A program made the translations under genes and the position numbers. The notes below the pieces were generated by a model. That model had not been told where the DNA came from. It made no database searches and saw nothing but the letters and a program-made list of their open reading frames with translations. Below are positions 7,868 to 10,922 of a stretch of DNA of 10,922 bases, piece after piece. The DNA comes from Candidatus Methylomirabilia bacterium (GTDB taxonomy: Bacteria > Methylomirabilota > Methylomirabilia > Rokubacteriales > CSP1-6): contig JBGPXN010000156.1 of NCBI GenBank assembly GCA_041492755.1, forward strand, positions 1-10,922, read 5' to 3'. The number at the start of each line of letters is the position of its first letter. Position 1 is the stretch's first letter.

Positions 7868-8931
7868 GGCCGCCGGGCGGGCACGGTGCCGAGCTGGTCC
7901 TGCGCGTACTTGATGTAGCGCTCGTCGACGATCTCGTCCACGTCCACCTTCTTGACCACGGTCCCCTGCCGCGCGTGCCACTCCTGCTGGTCTTTCAGGC
8001 TTTCCCGGGCCAGCGTGCCGTTGGGATCGACGTAGCCCCACTGCATCCGATCGTAGAGCGCCTTGTCCTTCACGGCCGTGTGGCGGATCAGCACGTCGAG
8101 CACCTCGGGGCGCGCCGCGCCCCCGTGCATGGCCTCGTGGAACACGCGCACGGCCTTGAGATAGGCCACCGCGAAGTCGTTGGCCACTTTCGGTTGTTTC
8201 TCGGCCCAGTCCTTGTTGAAGAGGACCACCGAGACCTCGAACGGCGGGCTCTTCAACACCTCGGACGCCCGCCGGAACGGAATGGAGTGCCCGCGATCCG
8301 CGTGCTGCGTGACGAACGGCTCCACCATGGTGCCGGCGTCGATGACCTTCTGGGCGAAGGCCGGGCCCATGTTGGCCCACGGCATGTAGACGACCTCCAC
8401 GTCCTTGATCGTGAGCCCCTCGGTCTCCAGCATCTTGCCCAGCATGTAGGCGAGGGCGGCGGCGGGGGCGTTCACGGCGATCTTCCTCCCCTTGAGGTCG
8501 GCGAGCGACCGCACGTGCCCCTTGAGATCGCTGCGCAGCACGAGCGTGTCGCTGGAAAACCCCGGCACGTCGCGCGAGCGCGCGGCCACGATCCGCACCG
8601 GCCAGTTGCGCGCGAAGGCGTTGAAGAGCCCGGCGCCAACCCCGCCGCCCACCACGTGCAGCTCCCCCGTCGCGAGCGGCGCCATGGCCTGCGCGGCCGA
8701 CGTGAACTTCTCGAGCTTCACCTCGATCCCGCGCTCCTTGAAGAAGCCCTTCTCGATTGCGATGTAGAACGGCGCATCGGCGACGATGCCGAGGTCGCCG
8801 ATCCGGACCTCGTTGGCGGCCGCCGGGCCCCCCAGCGCCGAGAGAAGCAGCGCGACGAGCGTGAACGCCACGGTTCGCGCAGAGGTCCGGGCGCTCGCCT
8901 CCGGACCGGGCGGGGTCGGGGTCCGCCTCAC
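7864..8931 (-). CDS. ABC-type substrate-binding protein, SsuA/TauA/NMT1-THI5 family
   Basis: Signal-like VAFTLVALLLSALGGPAAA|NEVRIG and motifs APFYIAIEKGFFKERGIEV, SLADLKGRKIAV, GLTIKDVEVV and IDAGTMVEPF. GTG 8931 overlaps the SDR stop (GTGA), giving 355 aa. Confidence 0.88.
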   Translation of the reverse strand: MRRTPTPPGPEASARTSARTVAFTLVALLLSALGGPAAANEVRIGDLGIVADAPFYIAIEKGFFKERGIEVKLEKFTSAAQAMAPLATGELHVVGGGVGAGLFNAFARNWPVRIVAARSRDVPGFSSDTLVLRSDLKGHVRSLADLKGRKIAVNAPAAALAYMLGKMLETEGLTIKDVEVVYMPWANMGPAFAQKVIDAGTMVEPFVTQHADRGHSIPFRRASEVLKSPPFEVSVVLFNKDWAEKQPKVANDFAVAYLKAVRVFHEAMHGGAARPEVLDVLIRHTAVKDKALYDRMQWGYVDPNGTLARESLKDQQEWHARQGTVVKKVDVDEIVDERYIKYAQDQLGTVPARRP

Positions 8932-9716
8932 AGGGTCAGACCGCCGTCGAGATAGAGAGTCTGGCCGGTCATGTAGTCGGACGCCGACGACGCAAGATAC
9001 AGGGCGAGCAGACCGACCTCGCGGAGGTTGCCCACGCGCTGGAGGGGGACAGCCTTTCGCGCCTCCTCCTGCCGCTGGGCGAACCCGGCTTCGCCCGAGG
9101 TGACCGCATCCGGAAAGCGGCCTGGCGCGATCGTATTCACCTGCACGCCGTACGGCGCCCACTCGAGCGCGAGCGCGCGGGTGAATCCGACCAGGGCCGT
9201 CTTGGCGGCCGCATAGATCGCCAGCGAGATTCCGCCACGCGACGACGCGAACGAGCCGACGTTGATCACCTTGCCCGAGCGGCGCGCGAGCATGTGCGGC
9301 GCCACCGCGCGCGTGCACAGCACGGTCGCGGTGAAGTTCACGTCCATGACGAGCTTCAAGCTCTCGTCGGTCAGCGCCACCGTCGACGCGCCGGGCGCGG
9401 GGACGAACGGGGTCCGGATCGAGTCGCCGAGATTGTTGACCAGGATGTCGAGCGCGCCGAAGTCGGCGAGGATGCGCCCGACCGCGCGCTCGACCTCCGC
9501 CGATTTGGTGACGTCGGCGACGAGCGGCGCCACCCGGCGGCCCGTGGCCTTCGCGACGTCGGCCGCGAGCCCGACGACGTACTTGTCGGTGAGGCCGTTG
9601 ATGACGACGTCGGCGCCCCCCTCGGCCAGGACCTGCGCGATACCCTTGCCGATGCCGCGGCCGGCGCCGGTGACGAACGCGATCTTGCCTTCGAGATCGT
9701 ATTCAGGAACGGGCAC
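8928..9716 (-). CDS. Classical short-chain dehydrogenase/reductase (SDR family)
   Basis: TGAGRGIG nucleotide-binding motif, NNLG (variant of NNAG), NVGS, catalytic YAAAK, VNTIAPG and terminal TGQTLYLDGG. A strong AAGGAGG just upstream favours GTG 9716 over TTG 9743. Confidence 0.92.
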   Translation of the reverse strand: MPVPEYDLEGKIAFVTGAGRGIGKGIAQVLAEGGADVVINGLTDKYVVGLAADVAKATGRRVAPLVADVTKSAEVERAVGRILADFGALDILVNNLGDSIRTPFVPAPGASTVALTDESLKLVMDVNFTATVLCTRAVAPHMLARRSGKVINVGSFASSRGGISLAIYAAAKTALVGFTRALALEWAPYGVQVNTIAPGRFPDAVTSGEAGFAQRQEEARKAVPLQRVGNLREVGLLALYLASSASDYMTGQTLYLDGGLTL

Positions 9717-9720
9717 GAGA

Positions 9721-9727
9721 CCTCCTT
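9721..9727 (-). promoter_or_regulatory. Shine-Dalgarno sequence (AAGGAGG) of the SDR gene
   Basis: Minus strand reads GAAAGGAGGTCTCGTG; the spacing to GTG is short (4 nt). Confidence 0.7.
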
Positions 9728-9770
9728 TCAGTGGCCTGGACAATTCGGCCGGCTTCGACGTCTCCGCGAC

Positions 9771-10817
9771 TCACTTGAACGCCGGCATCACCTCGTGAGT
9801 AATGATCTGCAGGCTCCGGGTCTCCAGCTCCTTTGGAATGCGCCCGCCGGGATTCAGCTCGGCCACGATCCCGTCGAGGCCCAGCTCGTCCCGGAGCTGG
9901 GTCAGCCGATCGATCAGGCCGGCCGCGGTGCCGAACGCGACCTTCCGGGCGAGGATGTCCTCGTACGAGAGGTTGGCCATACGCTCGGCCTGCGCGCTCC
10001 GTCGATCGGCGGGCCCGGTGCCGGCGCGGCCCACCGCCGATCGGGAAAGCGCGCTCTGACGCGCGAAGAAGTGCGTGAGGCTCTCGCGCGGTTCCTCCGC
10101 GGCGCCCTTCTCGGTCGTCGAGGCGTAGACGGGAATGCGGAGGTACACGCTGGGCTCGCCCGGATGGCCCGCCTCGCGCCAGGCCTGCCGGTATCGCGCC
10201 AGCTGCGGTTGCAGATCCGAGACCTCGGCCAGGCGCAGGCCGATGAAGATGGGCAACCCCATCGCGCCGACGGCGGGAAACGTCTCCGCGGTGTTGGCCG
10301 CCATCCGGATGGGCGGATGCGGAACCTGGTACGGGCGGGGCGAAACCGTCGCGTCCTGGAACCGATAGAACTCTCCCTCGTAGCTGAACGGCACACCCTT
10401 CCACGCCTGCCTGATGATCTCGAGGGCTTCGCGAAAGCGCGCCTGGCTCTCGCCGTACGGAATCCCGTAGATGTCGTACGAGCGGACGACGCCGCTGCGA
10501 CCAATTCCGAACTCGAAGCGGCCCTCGCTGATGTGATCGACCGTCGCCACTTCCTCCGCGATGCGCAGCGGATGATTCAGGGGCAGAACTTGCACGGCCG
10601 TGCCCACCCGGAGGCGTCGGGTCCGGGTGGCAATCGAGCTGGCGACCTGCAGCGAGGCGGAGATCACCGAGCGATCCGGATTGAAGTGGATCTCGCCGAG
10701 CCAGATGCAGTCGATGCCCCAGGCCTCGGCCCGGTCCACCAGCTCGAACGTTTCCCGGAAGGCGGCGGTCTGGTCCACCCCGCGCCGCATTTCCTCGACG
10801 AAGATCCCGAAATTCAT
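9771..10817 (-). CDS. LLM-class flavin-dependent oxidoreductase (luciferase-like monooxygenase)
   Basis: MNFGIF start, WLGEIHF, IATRTRRLRVGTAVQVLPLNHPLRIAEEVATVDHISEGRFEFGIGR, PRPYQVPHPPIRMAA and terminal EVMPAF; GGAG RBS upstream of the ATG. Confidence 0.93.
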   Translation of the reverse strand: MNFGIFVEEMRRGVDQTAAFRETFELVDRAEAWGIDCIWLGEIHFNPDRSVISASLQVASSIATRTRRLRVGTAVQVLPLNHPLRIAEEVATVDHISEGRFEFGIGRSGVVRSYDIYGIPYGESQARFREALEIIRQAWKGVPFSYEGEFYRFQDATVSPRPYQVPHPPIRMAANTAETFPAVGAMGLPIFIGLRLAEVSDLQPQLARYRQAWREAGHPGEPSVYLRIPVYASTTEKGAAEEPRESLTHFFARQSALSRSAVGRAGTGPADRRSAQAERMANLSYEDILARKVAFGTAAGLIDRLTQLRDELGLDGIVAELNPGGRIPKELETRSLQIITHEVMPAFK

Positions 10818-10844
10818 CGCGTCAGTCTCCCGCCCGCGCTCCCC

Positions 10845-10892
10845 ACTCTATCGACTACGACGCTACCTACGCGCGAACGCGACGCTGGTCAA
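10845..10892 (-). promoter_or_regulatory. Candidate sigma70 promoter of the five-gene operon
   Basis: TTGACC (10892-10887), 17 bp spacer, TAGGTA (10869-10864, lacks the final T). An alternative -10, TAGAGT, lies at 10850-10845. Confidence 0.35.
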
Positions 10893-10922
10893 GGTCGAAA
10901 TCCGGACGACCCGATCGATCGA

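Noticed and set aside
3538..8955. Long antisense ORFs (3538..4974 -, 5413..7077 +, 6464..7918 +, 7975..8955 +)
   Set aside because: They lie opposite well-supported genes; long stop-free antisense frames are common in high-GC coding DNA.
7868..9318. Extended N-termini of the Rieske (to 8380) and binding protein (to 9318) ORFs, suggesting fusions or long overlaps
   Set aside because: The extensions lie inside the upstream genes in another frame; 4-nt stop/start overlaps give more plausible starts at 7867 and 8931.

Overview
High-GC bacterial DNA with three parts. (1) 1..2917 (-): the 5' part of a large secreted or surface repeat protein, absent from the supplied ORF track, probably because it runs off the window without a stop. 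It has a signal peptide, three Cys-paired bacterial Ig-like domains, a 76-aa Pro/Ser linker, and at least 8 InlB-B-like (Flg_new_2-type) repeats on a 219-bp period. (2) A ~760-bp divergent intergenic region, then a sensor-less REC-HisKA-HATPase-REC hybrid histidine kinase (+, ~3682..5277). (3) A tightly packed five-gene minus-strand catabolic operon (10817->5323) converging on the kinase: luciferase-like monooxygenase, SDR oxidoreductase, SsuA/NMT1-THI5-type substrate-binding protein, Rieske oxygenase alpha subunit, and an M24-fold enzyme with a degenerate metal site. No reductase, ferredoxin, ABC permease/ATPase or regulator gene for this operon is in the window. I saw no RNA genes, mobile elements or CRISPR arrays. 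All family assignments come from manual motif reading, not database searches.
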